Source: Candidatus Moraniibacteriota bacterium (GTDB lineage Bacteria; Patescibacteriota; Minisyncoccia; Moranbacterales; UBA1568). Taken from it: a stretch of DNA of 64,000 nucleotides. Shown piece after piece: positions 9,575 to 17,691 of this stretch. The number at the start of each line of letters is the position of its first letter. Position 1 is the stretch's first letter. A program made the position numbers and the translations under genes. Under the pieces are notes generated by a model. That model saw nothing but the letters and a program-made list of their open reading frames with translations. It had not been told where the DNA came from and did no database searches. The stretch is taken from contig CP064989.1 in assembly GCA_016699875.1 (NCBI GenBank), forward strand, positions 456,788 to 520,787. Reading direction: 5' to 3'.

Positions 9575-10096
9575 ATGAATAAAATATCCAAGAAATTGCG
9601 CATCGGCTGGTTCACCTTCACCTGCTGCGAAGACAGTACCGTCATCTTCACCGAGATCATGAACGATCACTTCGAGACCTGGCGCAAAGTGCTTGATATC
9701 CGCCATGCGCGCGTCCTCCAGACCAAGAACGTGCTCGACGAACTCGACGTCGCCTTCGTCGAGGGTGCGATCAATTCCGCCGAGCAAGAAGAAAAACTCA
9801 AAGAAATCCGCGCCAAGTCCAAGAAGCTCGTCGCGATCGGTGCCTGCGCCTGTACCGGCATGCCAAGCGCGCAAAGAAACGCCTTCCCTCCCGAACTCAA
9901 AGACAAGATTCAGTTTCTCCTCGACCGCTTCAACCAAGGCGAAAAGGTAAAGAAACTCGACGAAGTCGTCACCGTCGACGAACGCGTCCAGGGCTGTCCC
10001 ATGACCGAATCCGCCTTCCTCGCCGTCGTCAACAAAATGCTCACCGAATTCGACATCATCCCTCAGGCAGAGACGGAAGCAAAAGATCAGGCATGA
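9575..10096 (+). CDS. [NiFe]-hydrogenase small subunit, minimal with proximal cluster only; NuoB-like CC motif
   Basis: Internal start MNKISKKLRIGWF at 9575 (ORF track frame 9509..10096). Motifs FTFTCCEDS, VAIGACACTGMP, VQGCPMTE, parallel to the NuoB/group-4 small-subunit CC...GxCAxxG...GCPP pattern. 174 aa. Confidence 0.7.
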   Translation: MNKISKKLRIGWFTFTCCEDSTVIFTEIMNDHFETWRKVLDIRHARVLQTKNVLDELDVAFVEGAINSAEQEEKLKEIRAKSKKLVAIGACACTGMPSAQRNAFPPELKDKIQFLLDRFNQGEKVKKLDEVVTVDERVQGCPMTESAFLAVVNKMLTEFDIIPQAETEAKDQA

Positions 10097-10209
10097 GGAT
10101 CCGGCAGAGGCAACACATTCCATGCCCAATTTCTTTGCAGGAAAGAATTCATTTCAAATTTCCCAACTTCCTGTCGTCAGTTGTTCATTGTAAGTTGTGA
10201 GTTAATCCT

Positions 10210-11589
10210 ATGCATCAAATATCCGAACTCAGCCAATTCTCAATCGAAGAGCTTACCAAAGTGGAAGGCGCTGCCGGACTCAATGTGTTTATCGAAAATG
10301 GAAAGGTGCAAAAAGTGGAATTCGCCATCAAAGAATTCAAGCGTTTCTACACGCACGCCATGGAAGGCAAACCGATCGCAGCGATTCCTCAGCTCCTTGC
10401 GCGCATCTGCGGTACCTGTTCGAACGCACACCTCGTCGCAAGCATCGAAGCCGTCGAGAAGACGCTCGGCATTGTTCCGAGCGAGCAGACCATGCTTCTG
10501 CGCACCCTTACCTATCATGGACTCATCATTCGCGATCATGCGCTCCACCTCTACCTCTTCTGTCTTCCCGACTTCTTCGGCAAAGACTCGCTCTTGGGAT
10601 TTGATGATGACGACCCCATACAACACCAGCTCCTCCATGACGCCTTCGCCGTGAAAGCCGCCGGCAACCACCTCGCAATCGCCGTCGCCGGGCGAAGCGT
10701 CCATGCGCCCCTCCCCATGCCCGGCGGCTTCGGAAAAACTCCCGATACGAAGTCCATCACTGAAGTCATCATCGAACTGGAAAACATTCGCCCGGCAGTG
10801 CTCCGCCTCATCAAAGTCTTTACCGACGATCCGTCATCACTCGTCCGAAAAAGCAACTACGCCGCCCTCCGCAACAGCAAATTTTCCTACCTCGAAGGCG
10901 ACCTCTGGGATATGAAAGGATTCGTCGTTGACGAGGCGGGCTATCGCGACCATCTAGAGCACGTTGTCCTGCCATACTCCCAAGCTTCCGCCTACACGTT
11001 CGACGGCGAAACCTACCGCGTCGGCGCGATCGCTCGACTCAACATCAATAGCTCCGGCCTCCACCCACGCACCAAACACGACGCCGCAGAGGCGATCGCA
11101 CTGTTCCCTTCCAACAATATCTTTCACAACAATCTCGCCCAGGCGATCGAAATCCTCCACTCCGTCGACGAAGCGATTGATCTCCTCAAACAGAAAACCT
11201 TCCAGCCCGAACCGCCACAGAAAATCGTCCCGAAAGCCGGCATCGGCGTAGGACTTGTCGAGGCGCCCCGTGGCGCGCTCTACCACAAGCTCGAAGTAAA
11301 CGACAAAGGCATCGTCGAGCGCGGCGAGGTCGTCGTCCCGACCGGTCAAAACCAGATCGCCATCGAACTCGACCTCATCCAATTCATCAATGAGCACATG
11401 GACATGGAGGAGTCCGCCATAAAACTCGAGTGCGAAAAAATAATCCGCGCCTACGACCCCTGCATGTCCTGCGGCGCCCACTTCCTCGAACTCAAAATGA
11501 GCACCAACGGCTCGAGGCTCAAAAAGGTAATTTCAAAGAAACAAGCCGCCAAAAGTGACCCACAAAAACATCTCCCACATCATCACTAG
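10210..11589 (+). CDS. [NiFe]-hydrogenase large subunit
   Basis: N-terminal L1 motif RICGTCSNAH (RxCGxCxxxH) and C-terminal L2 motif DPCMSCGAH (DPCxxCxxH), followed by a ~35 aa C-terminal extension, the usual substrate of the maturation endopeptidase. Confidence 0.9.
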   Translation: MHQISELSQFSIEELTKVEGAAGLNVFIENGKVQKVEFAIKEFKRFYTHAMEGKPIAAIPQLLARICGTCSNAHLVASIEAVEKTLGIVPSEQTMLLRTLTYHGLIIRDHALHLYLFCLPDFFGKDSLLGFDDDDPIQHQLLHDAFAVKAAGNHLAIAVAGRSVHAPLPMPGGFGKTPDTKSITEVIIELENIRPAVLRLIKVFTDDPSSLVRKSNYAALRNSKFSYLEGDLWDMKGFVVDEAGYRDHLEHVVLPYSQASAYTFDGETYRVGAIARLNINSSGLHPRTKHDAAEAIALFPSNNIFHNNLAQAIEILHSVDEAIDLLKQKTFQPEPPQKIVPKAGIGVGLVEAPRGALYHKLEVNDKGIVERGEVVVPTGQNQIAIELDLIQFINEHMDMEESAIKLECEKIIRAYDPCMSCGAHFLELKMSTNGSRLKKVISKKQAAKSDPQKHLPHHH

Positions 11590-11613
11590 AAGGCATTCTC
11601 AACCGAGAAAGAA

Positions 11614-11650
11614 AAACGCCCGCTAAAAAAGCTGGCGTTTTATCGTTTGC
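11614..11650 (+). terminator. Intrinsic terminator after the hydrogenase genes
   Basis: Hairpin AAACGCC...GGCGTTT followed by a T-rich tract (tatcgtttg) immediately after the large-subunit stop. Confidence 0.5.
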
Positions 11651-11688
11651 ACTATACTATTACAATTCAGTAGGTTTTCTTGAAAACT

Positions 11689-12009
11689 TTATCGAAGCGG
11701 AAATAGCATCCTCTCCCATTCGCTTCTTCCGGGAAGAACACCGAGAGGTGCCATAATTGCCAGTCCACCGAAATAGCAGACTATCAGTGAAAGCGAGAAA
11801 AAACCTCTCCATGGAAATTTGTTCCAGTCAGAATCAGACAGAAGAAAAAGAGCAAAGTAGAAGAAAAGAACAAACAACATTATACAGAGACATACAAACC
11901 AAACCCACCCGTAGAAAGTAGGTGGCAAGTCTCCCTGGCTAGATCGCCATCCTTTCAATTCAAGACAACGCTTCTCGACCCCGCGAGAAAAGAACCGCCC
12001 TTCCGCCAT
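11689..12009 (-). CDS. Small hypothetical membrane protein
   Basis: ORF track. Two hydrophobic helices (WVWFVCLCIMLFVLFFYFALFLL; FFSLSLIVCYFGGLAIMAPLGVL). No recognisable domain. Confidence 0.3.
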   Translation of the reverse strand: MAEGRFFSRGVEKRCLELKGWRSSQGDLPPTFYGWVWFVCLCIMLFVLFFYFALFLLSDSDWNKFPWRGFFSLSLIVCYFGGLAIMAPLGVLPGRSEWERMLFPLR

Positions 12010-12189
12010 GCAAACAAGTGAAGTAATAAAAGTGACAAAAGGCGAGAATGAAGTCCATGCTATCTTAAATACGGACGCTTGAAACGCAGAGAATCCCGCG
12101 AAAAACAGTATGGAATAAACCTAGAAAATTCTATTTGGAGTAAATACTCGCTTCAAGACAGACTGTAAACGAACCATTTCTATCACCTC

Positions 12190-12609
12190 TCATCTTAGCA
12201 CTGTCGCCAGCTCCCGAATGACATCCGGAAGCGCCTGTTCCTCACTCATACTTTCCGGCACGCCGAGGATATTCGGTTCAAAGGACGGATCGAGCTTCTT
12301 CGCGAGGAGAAGCAATGTCGAGAGATCGTAGTCGTGTGCCGTCATCCCGGCATTGCGGGATCGGGCAATGTCATCGACTGAGAGCCACGATACTTTCTCA
12401 AGTCCTCGAACCGTGTCGAGGATAACCCACTTTCCCCGCTTCGGCAAGTCTATTTCATTGGGGTCTTCAATAACAAAACGTGCGTGCGGAAATCGTATCC
12501 GAAGATTCGGAACCAATTGCACCGGCACGCTATCCGAAGAAAGATCCGGATTGCCAAAAACCGATACCGAAAACGCCTCGTTATTTCTTTCGCTCATAGG
12601 CATTGGCAA
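12190..12609 (-). CDS. Putative hydrogenase maturation endopeptidase (HycI/HybD/HoxW family, peptidase A31-like), divergent
   Basis: Alignment-by-eye to the family pattern. SVFGNPDLSSD matches the GxGN..D N-terminal motif; VILDTV matches the conserved D in ..DAI.; MTAHDYDL matches the PHQ/H..L His motif; NILGVPESMSE matches the VGVxPESL motif. About 139 aa, as expected for the family. Confidence 0.5.
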   Translation of the reverse strand: MPMPMSERNNEAFSVSVFGNPDLSSDSVPVQLVPNLRIRFPHARFVIEDPNEIDLPKRGKWVILDTVRGLEKVSWLSVDDIARSRNAGMTAHDYDLSTLLLLAKKLDPSFEPNILGVPESMSEEQALPDVIRELATVLR

Positions 12610-13423
12610 AGGCGATGCTCTTCAATGTATATGCACGCAATCGAGCGACGGTTTGCTCCGAAAGCGTCTCGCACGGCACGCCCCAGTGAATCGACACCCA
12701 TGCGCCGGGCGCGAGCAAATCGATATCGATATCCGCGGAAAGATCGCGCACCAGCCGGCGAGAAACAGGGTGGCCAAGAAAAAACGCTCCGCGCTCATCG
12801 CGAACAAGCGGCTCCGTAACGACATCGATAAACGGCCCGGAAACGGCAGCAACCTTCCCCCAGCTCACGATGCACTCGGCAACCGCCGTCCAGTCACCAT
12901 CATGAAGCAACTCGTGATTTGTCTCACGCCACACATTGAGCACATGAAATGAGTGGTGTGGAAAACCGCCTCGCACCACCTTTTGCCCGATCGTGTCGAA
13001 TCGCTCCCGCCCCGTCTTTTTCTTCACCTCGAGCGCATCGAGCAATCCCAAATATTTTCTCGGTGAAAATGCGTCGAGCAAACGATTACCGATCCAATAT
13101 GCCTCGACCACCTTGTCATCAAACGGATCACGAATACCGTTCCCCTCCGCGATATGTGAGAGATACGGATAAAGATTTTGAAATCGCTCAAGGATAGCCG
13201 AAAGTCGCGGATCGCTCTCGCCCGCGTCCAAATATTCCTTCATCGTTTTGTTCGCGTCGGGCCCGCAGTAGTGCAGCCGATTCGGCCCGAATGCATACCG
13301 GCTGCATCGAAACACTCCATCCATATCTTTCCACTCTACGCGAACCCCAAAAAAAGCGCAAAAAACACGCCTAACCAGAAACCAGTTAGGCGCATGCCGA
13401 ATGCTAGAGTCAGACTGACGCAA
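12581..13423 (-). CDS. Hypothetical protein with conserved Cys/His clusters (CSRYAFGPNRLHYCGP; FPHHSFHVLNVW; HELLHDGDW)
   Basis: ORF track. Probable true start is the internal M at MDGVFRCSRY (~13324). No family recognised. Adjacent to, and co-oriented with, the putative hydrogenase protease. Confidence 0.4.
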   Translation of the reverse strand: MRQSDSSIRHAPNWFLVRRVFCAFFGVRVEWKDMDGVFRCSRYAFGPNRLHYCGPDANKTMKEYLDAGESDPRLSAILERFQNLYPYLSHIAEGNGIRDPFDDKVVEAYWIGNRLLDAFSPRKYLGLLDALEVKKKTGRERFDTIGQKVVRGGFPHHSFHVLNVWRETNHELLHDGDWTAVAECIVSWGKVAAVSGPFIDVVTEPLVRDERGAFFLGHPVSRRLVRDLSADIDIDLLAPGAWVSIHWGVPCETLSEQTVARLRAYTLKSIAFANAYERKK

Positions 13424-13775
13424 CGATGCGACTCACCAGAGCACGGATATCTGCACGGCATTCACCTATCCTCTTAAGGATGTTCCCCTCACCCAAGAAG
13501 AAACAACCAAGAATCTCCCTATTACACTCCATGGCCAGTGCATTTATCTTGAATTCCAGCAAAATGAAGTCTGTCCGAGTAAAAGGTATCCTCCCATCCA
13601 AACACGCATAATGATTGCCATCATCAACAAGTTCTTCAAGAGAACTCAGGGTATTTACGACAAAACTATGTAATCCTCCCAACGCCAGCAAAGTAGCAGC
13701 CGCAGGATCTCGCTTGAAACTTATAGAGGAAGATACATCTAAAGGAAAAAGGGTGCCGCGGGAAGCCGGAGTCAT
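13410..13775 (-). CDS. Hypothetical protein (weak call)
   Basis: ORF track only. No motifs. Region GC slightly low. Confidence 0.2.
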   Translation of the reverse strand: MTPASRGTLFPLDVSSSISFKRDPAAATLLALGGLHSFVVNTLSSLEELVDDGNHYACLDGRIPFTRTDFILLEFKINALAMECNREILGCFFLGEGNILKRIGECRADIRALVSRIVASV

Positions 13776-13894
13776 GACATTCTCTCCTTTCTTTTGGTTG
13801 ATGTTAAGAAACGTAAAACAAACTCAATTCGTGGATATTATACATCGAAATATACGTTGTGTCAATGAGCATAAACAGATGTACTGAGGTCATC

Positions 13895-14194
13895 CTATTT
13901 CTCCCCATCGAGACGGCGAATCAAATCTCGCATCGTCCAAATACCAGCAAGGAGCAGTCCGGCAAAGATAACTTTGAATATTGCCGAAAGAATTGTAAAA
14001 AAAATCGTCTCCGAGAAAATCTTCCCGACGAATTCCGAGAGAAGCAAAAAAACAAGCGCTCCTACGAAGAACTTGTACGATACATCCAGTTCTTTCTCCA
14101 CTCGCCAGACAATACCGACCGCAAACACGAGCGACACAAAAAGCAACAACATCACCATAACATCCAGAGCCACTATAACGAGAGGCATGTTCAT
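13895..14194 (-). CDS. Small 2-3 TM membrane protein, translationally coupled (ATGA overlap) to the upstream FN3 surface protein gene
   Basis: Internal start MNMPLVIVALDVMVMLLLFVSLVF at 14194 overlaps the stop of 14191..15675 in an ATGA arrangement. Strongly hydrophobic. Confidence 0.4.
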   Translation of the reverse strand: MNMPLVIVALDVMVMLLLFVSLVFAVGIVWRVEKELDVSYKFFVGALVFLLLSEFVGKIFSETIFFTILSAIFKVIFAGLLLAGIWTMRDLIRRLDGEK

Positions 14195-15675
14195 GGTCGA
14201 TCCACCCCCTTTCCTTTCCGAGCCGTTAAGAAGCGAAAGAACGATTCTTCGTTCACCTGTTTCGTCGCATGCGCATATCTCCAATACTCGCGAACAAAAA
14301 GCAAAAGCACCAGCAGAAGAGAAAGAACCGACCCAAGAGACGCCCAGCCAAGGAATCGCAAAGTGTCATCCCGGGTCACAACAATTCCGCCGCCAAAATC
14401 GAAGAGCGGAAGTTCGATAACTCGAAATGACATCTCCGCTTCAATATTCATATCATGGACATGAAGTCGTGCGACAACAGAATAATCGCCCGATGCCCAC
14501 TCACGAGGAATCGGGATAGTCTCGCGATACTCTCCCCCACGACGCATCGCTATTGTACGCGTGGATTCAAAAACCTTCTCATGAGAAACGTCATACACCG
14601 TATATGAAATATCTCCGGACTGATTTTCGAGCGATCGATCCAATCGATTGATCGAAAGCAGCGTTTCGAGTGTGCGTGATTGGAAAACCCATCCGCCGGC
14701 ATTTACCACACCGAGAGACATCGATAGCGGCGCACCCAGAATCGTCCCCGACAAACCCTCAGCAGGGATTGGCTGAAATATCGGCAGCGCCGGAGGAACA
14801 CGATAGATCGGAGAGGCAACTGAAACAGCAGGGGTCTTTTTCTTCTTTTTCTTTCTATGCTCACCGTCGTCATCGTCCGATCCGGACGAAACAGAAACGG
14901 AGAGCATCAAAGAATCGCTTGCGGTTTGAAGCGAATACAAAGGATGCGTCACCGTCACCGTAAGCGTATAGTCACCGGAAGAAAGCGAGGTACTCGGCGT
15001 CCACTCCCAATAACCATTTGAGTTTGTCAGGAATGTCACATAGACCGATGTGGCACCGACAATCGACACCGAAACGCTCGCGTTCGGCATGTTACTCGTC
15101 CCAGTGAGCATCGGCGTCGCATCAGAAATGGAAACACTGGAGAGCGAAGAAACATTCGTACCCGCAACTGTCACAATGGTAAGTGTTGGGGAAAGCGAAG
15201 AAAGACAGTCGGACGGAGTTAGCACCGAAACCGGATCCGACGAAGCAACACCCGCACCCATCGGACCGTACGCAACTACCACGTAGGAATACTCCGTTCC
15301 CGGAGAAAGGTTCGTATCGATATACGATGAGCTCGTAAGTCCCGAAACAAGAAGCAAACTATCGCGGTAGATATCAAACGATGTCGAACCACTGTCATCC
15401 GCCCAATCAAGACTCACCGAAAGCACATCGGAAAGACATGCCGCATCGACAGTAACAACCGGCGAAACCGGCGGTTCCGGCACAACCGCCGACACTGTCA
15501 CATCATCTGCAAATACACTCCATGTTTTTTGAAAATCAGCAAAAGAAAACCTCGGTCCCCAGAGAAACCCGAGAAACGCATAAAAAACCAGAATGCCCAC
15601 AGTCACCCCTATGTGCATTCGAAGTGCCAGCCGTACTCGCCGAAACCGCGTCGCGCGCCGCTGAGAATATCCCAT
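14191..15675 (-). CDS. Cell-surface protein: signal-anchor, FN3 domain, Ig-like/Big-like Ser/Thr-rich region, poly-Lys linker, C-terminal TM anchor
   Basis: FN3 signature DWADDSGSTSFDIYRDSLLLVSGLTSSSYIDTNLSPGTEYSYVVVAYGP. S/T-rich beta-rich repeats. KKKKKK. C-terminal hydrophobic LGSVLSLLLVLLLFV. Confidence 0.7.
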   Translation of the reverse strand: MGYSQRRATRFRRVRLALRMHIGVTVGILVFYAFLGFLWGPRFSFADFQKTWSVFADDVTVSAVVPEPPVSPVVTVDAACLSDVLSVSLDWADDSGSTSFDIYRDSLLLVSGLTSSSYIDTNLSPGTEYSYVVVAYGPMGAGVASSDPVSVLTPSDCLSSLSPTLTIVTVAGTNVSSLSSVSISDATPMLTGTSNMPNASVSVSIVGATSVYVTFLTNSNGYWEWTPSTSLSSGDYTLTVTVTHPLYSLQTASDSLMLSVSVSSGSDDDDGEHRKKKKKKTPAVSVASPIYRVPPALPIFQPIPAEGLSGTILGAPLSMSLGVVNAGGWVFQSRTLETLLSINRLDRSLENQSGDISYTVYDVSHEKVFESTRTIAMRRGGEYRETIPIPREWASGDYSVVARLHVHDMNIEAEMSFRVIELPLFDFGGGIVVTRDDTLRFLGWASLGSVLSLLLVLLLFVREYWRYAHATKQVNEESFFRFLTARKGKGVDRP

Positions 15676-15736
15676 GAGCACAGTATACCATTTCACCCGC
15701 TACTTCCCGTCATACATTCCAAACCCGGGAAGTTTT

Positions 15737-17647
15737 TCATTCTCCCGTAAGACTCTTGAGCAGAGCGCTAAGTCGCATCGATGCGACGCCGACCACGCGA
15801 TCAGCACCGCCATAATATATGAAGATTTTTCCGGCATGAAGCGTCGCACCGCAAGGAAAAACAACATTCGGAACAATGCCGACTTTCTCGTATTCCATTT
15901 CCGGCTCGAAAAGAGGCGAATCACTCCTTGCGAGCACGCGCTCCGGGTGATCGATATCGAGCAAGGCCGCGCCCAGCCGATACACCGACCCCTCGCTCGA
16001 AACACCGTGATACAAAAGAAGCCATCCGCGATCAGTCCGGATCGGAACCGTATTGAGTCCGATTTTTTGATCATCCCACATACCCTGCCTCGGCAGAATA
16101 AATGGGCTTTGCGATAACATCGATCCTCCGGAAAACTCCAGATCATCAAAGAAGTTAATGTCTATCGACGGTTGTATCCGATGAAGCACCACGTATTTCC
16201 CACGAATCTTCTCCGGGAAAACACAAGCGTCCTTGTCATCGATACCCGGTGGCGATATAAGCTTCGGCAATGTCCAACGATGCCACTGTTTCGCGAGAAA
16301 TTCTTTTCGCCCAAGAGAAGTAATCGCCACACGGGGAGCATTCGCCCCATCCACTGCCGTGTAGAACATAAAAATCGTATCGTCGATGCGTGTGAGTCGC
16401 GGGTCCTCGCATCCGGAATAGCCTCCGCCAGCCCGCATCTCAAAAGGCTCCCGCGGCACATAGGCCGGCTCCGAGCTTCGCTCGTCAATGGTCAAACCGT
16501 CACGGCTCGACGCATATCCAAAGACCGATGTATCGCCATTCGAAAGCGCGCGATACATAATATGCGTTCTCCCGCCATCCCGGATAACCCCCGGATTGAA
16601 TACTCCTTTCGCCTCCCAAGCATGCTCCGAAACAGGCGAGAGAACGGGATTCTTCGGAGCGCGCTCGAAGGAGAGTTTTCTGTTTGGATACGAAAGCGAC
16701 CGAAGCAACTTCTTCGCGTCACACGTGGCAACACAGCAAGTCGAGTCGGCTGCACCGTAGTAAAGAAACAATTTTCCACGACGAAGAATAGCTCCTGACG
16801 GAAAAACAATATTCGGAACCTTTCCATACAATTCATACTCTTCTTCGGGCACAAGAAGCGGCGCATCGGTCCTCGCAAGTATTTTTCGCGGGTCACTTCG
16901 ATCAAGGAGAACCGCCTCAATGCCGAATATCTTTCGCTCAGTAAAATAATTCCGTATATGCGAATAAATCAAAAGCCACCCGTCTTCCGTGAGGAGAGGT
17001 GAAGCACCGATCTCAACATGATCGGAATCGCCCCGTTGAAGTCGAATCTCATGCGCCGAAAGATTCGAATACCATGCATTCCAATATGCTTCGGACCATA
17101 TATCTTCAATGCTATCAAACAAAGCAAGCCCGATGGTGGATGGCGGACGATCGGTATTTGCCGTCAATATCGCCGCAAATTTCCCATTCACCTTCTCCGG
17201 GAAAAGCGTCATGGCTTTCGCATTGAAAGGCGTTACCAAGTGCTTCTCATCCACTCTTCGGAGATCTTTTGAAAGCGCTACCGCCACTTTTATTCCTTCT
17301 GCTGAAAACGGGTATGTCGAAAGCGCCGTATAGAAAATATAATAGGTTCCATCTATCGCTGTGACACGGGGATCCTCGCATCCGAATCGTTCCCATGATT
17401 CTTCAGGAAGAATAAATTGGCGATGTTTCTCAAAATGAATCCCATCAGCACTCATGGCACATCCGATCGAAGACACTTCATACGTTTCTCCTTCGTGCAG
17501 TACTCGCGACGACTGCGCCCGATACACCAGATCAATCCACTTTCCCCTCTGCACCGGACAGCCGTTAAACGCTGCGGATCGCTCCCAAAAATTTCCACTC
17601 TCCCCAACCAGAACCGGATTCTCATTCGATCGTTCAACTCGAATCAT
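15737..17647 (-). CDS. Double-module GH130 family glycoside hydrolase/phosphorylase (two tandem GH130 beta-propeller modules in one 636 aa protein)
   Basis: Two copies of GH130-like signatures: FNGCPV...GCEDPRVTAIDGTYYIFYTA, and GVFNPGVIRDGGRTHIMYRA...GCEDPRLTRIDDTIFMFYTAVDG...DKDACVFPEKI. Confidence 0.75.
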   Translation of the reverse strand: MIRVERSNENPVLVGESGNFWERSAAFNGCPVQRGKWIDLVYRAQSSRVLHEGETYEVSSIGCAMSADGIHFEKHRQFILPEESWERFGCEDPRVTAIDGTYYIFYTALSTYPFSAEGIKVAVALSKDLRRVDEKHLVTPFNAKAMTLFPEKVNGKFAAILTANTDRPPSTIGLALFDSIEDIWSEAYWNAWYSNLSAHEIRLQRGDSDHVEIGASPLLTEDGWLLIYSHIRNYFTERKIFGIEAVLLDRSDPRKILARTDAPLLVPEEEYELYGKVPNIVFPSGAILRRGKLFLYYGAADSTCCVATCDAKKLLRSLSYPNRKLSFERAPKNPVLSPVSEHAWEAKGVFNPGVIRDGGRTHIMYRALSNGDTSVFGYASSRDGLTIDERSSEPAYVPREPFEMRAGGGYSGCEDPRLTRIDDTIFMFYTAVDGANAPRVAITSLGRKEFLAKQWHRWTLPKLISPPGIDDKDACVFPEKIRGKYVVLHRIQPSIDINFFDDLEFSGGSMLSQSPFILPRQGMWDDQKIGLNTVPIRTDRGWLLLYHGVSSEGSVYRLGAALLDIDHPERVLARSDSPLFEPEMEYEKVGIVPNVVFPCGATLHAGKIFIYYGGADRVVGVASMRLSALLKSLTGE

Positions 17648-17691
17648 ATCGTTTCCATTTAGAAAAATCTTGAACGTCGAACACCTGCAAC

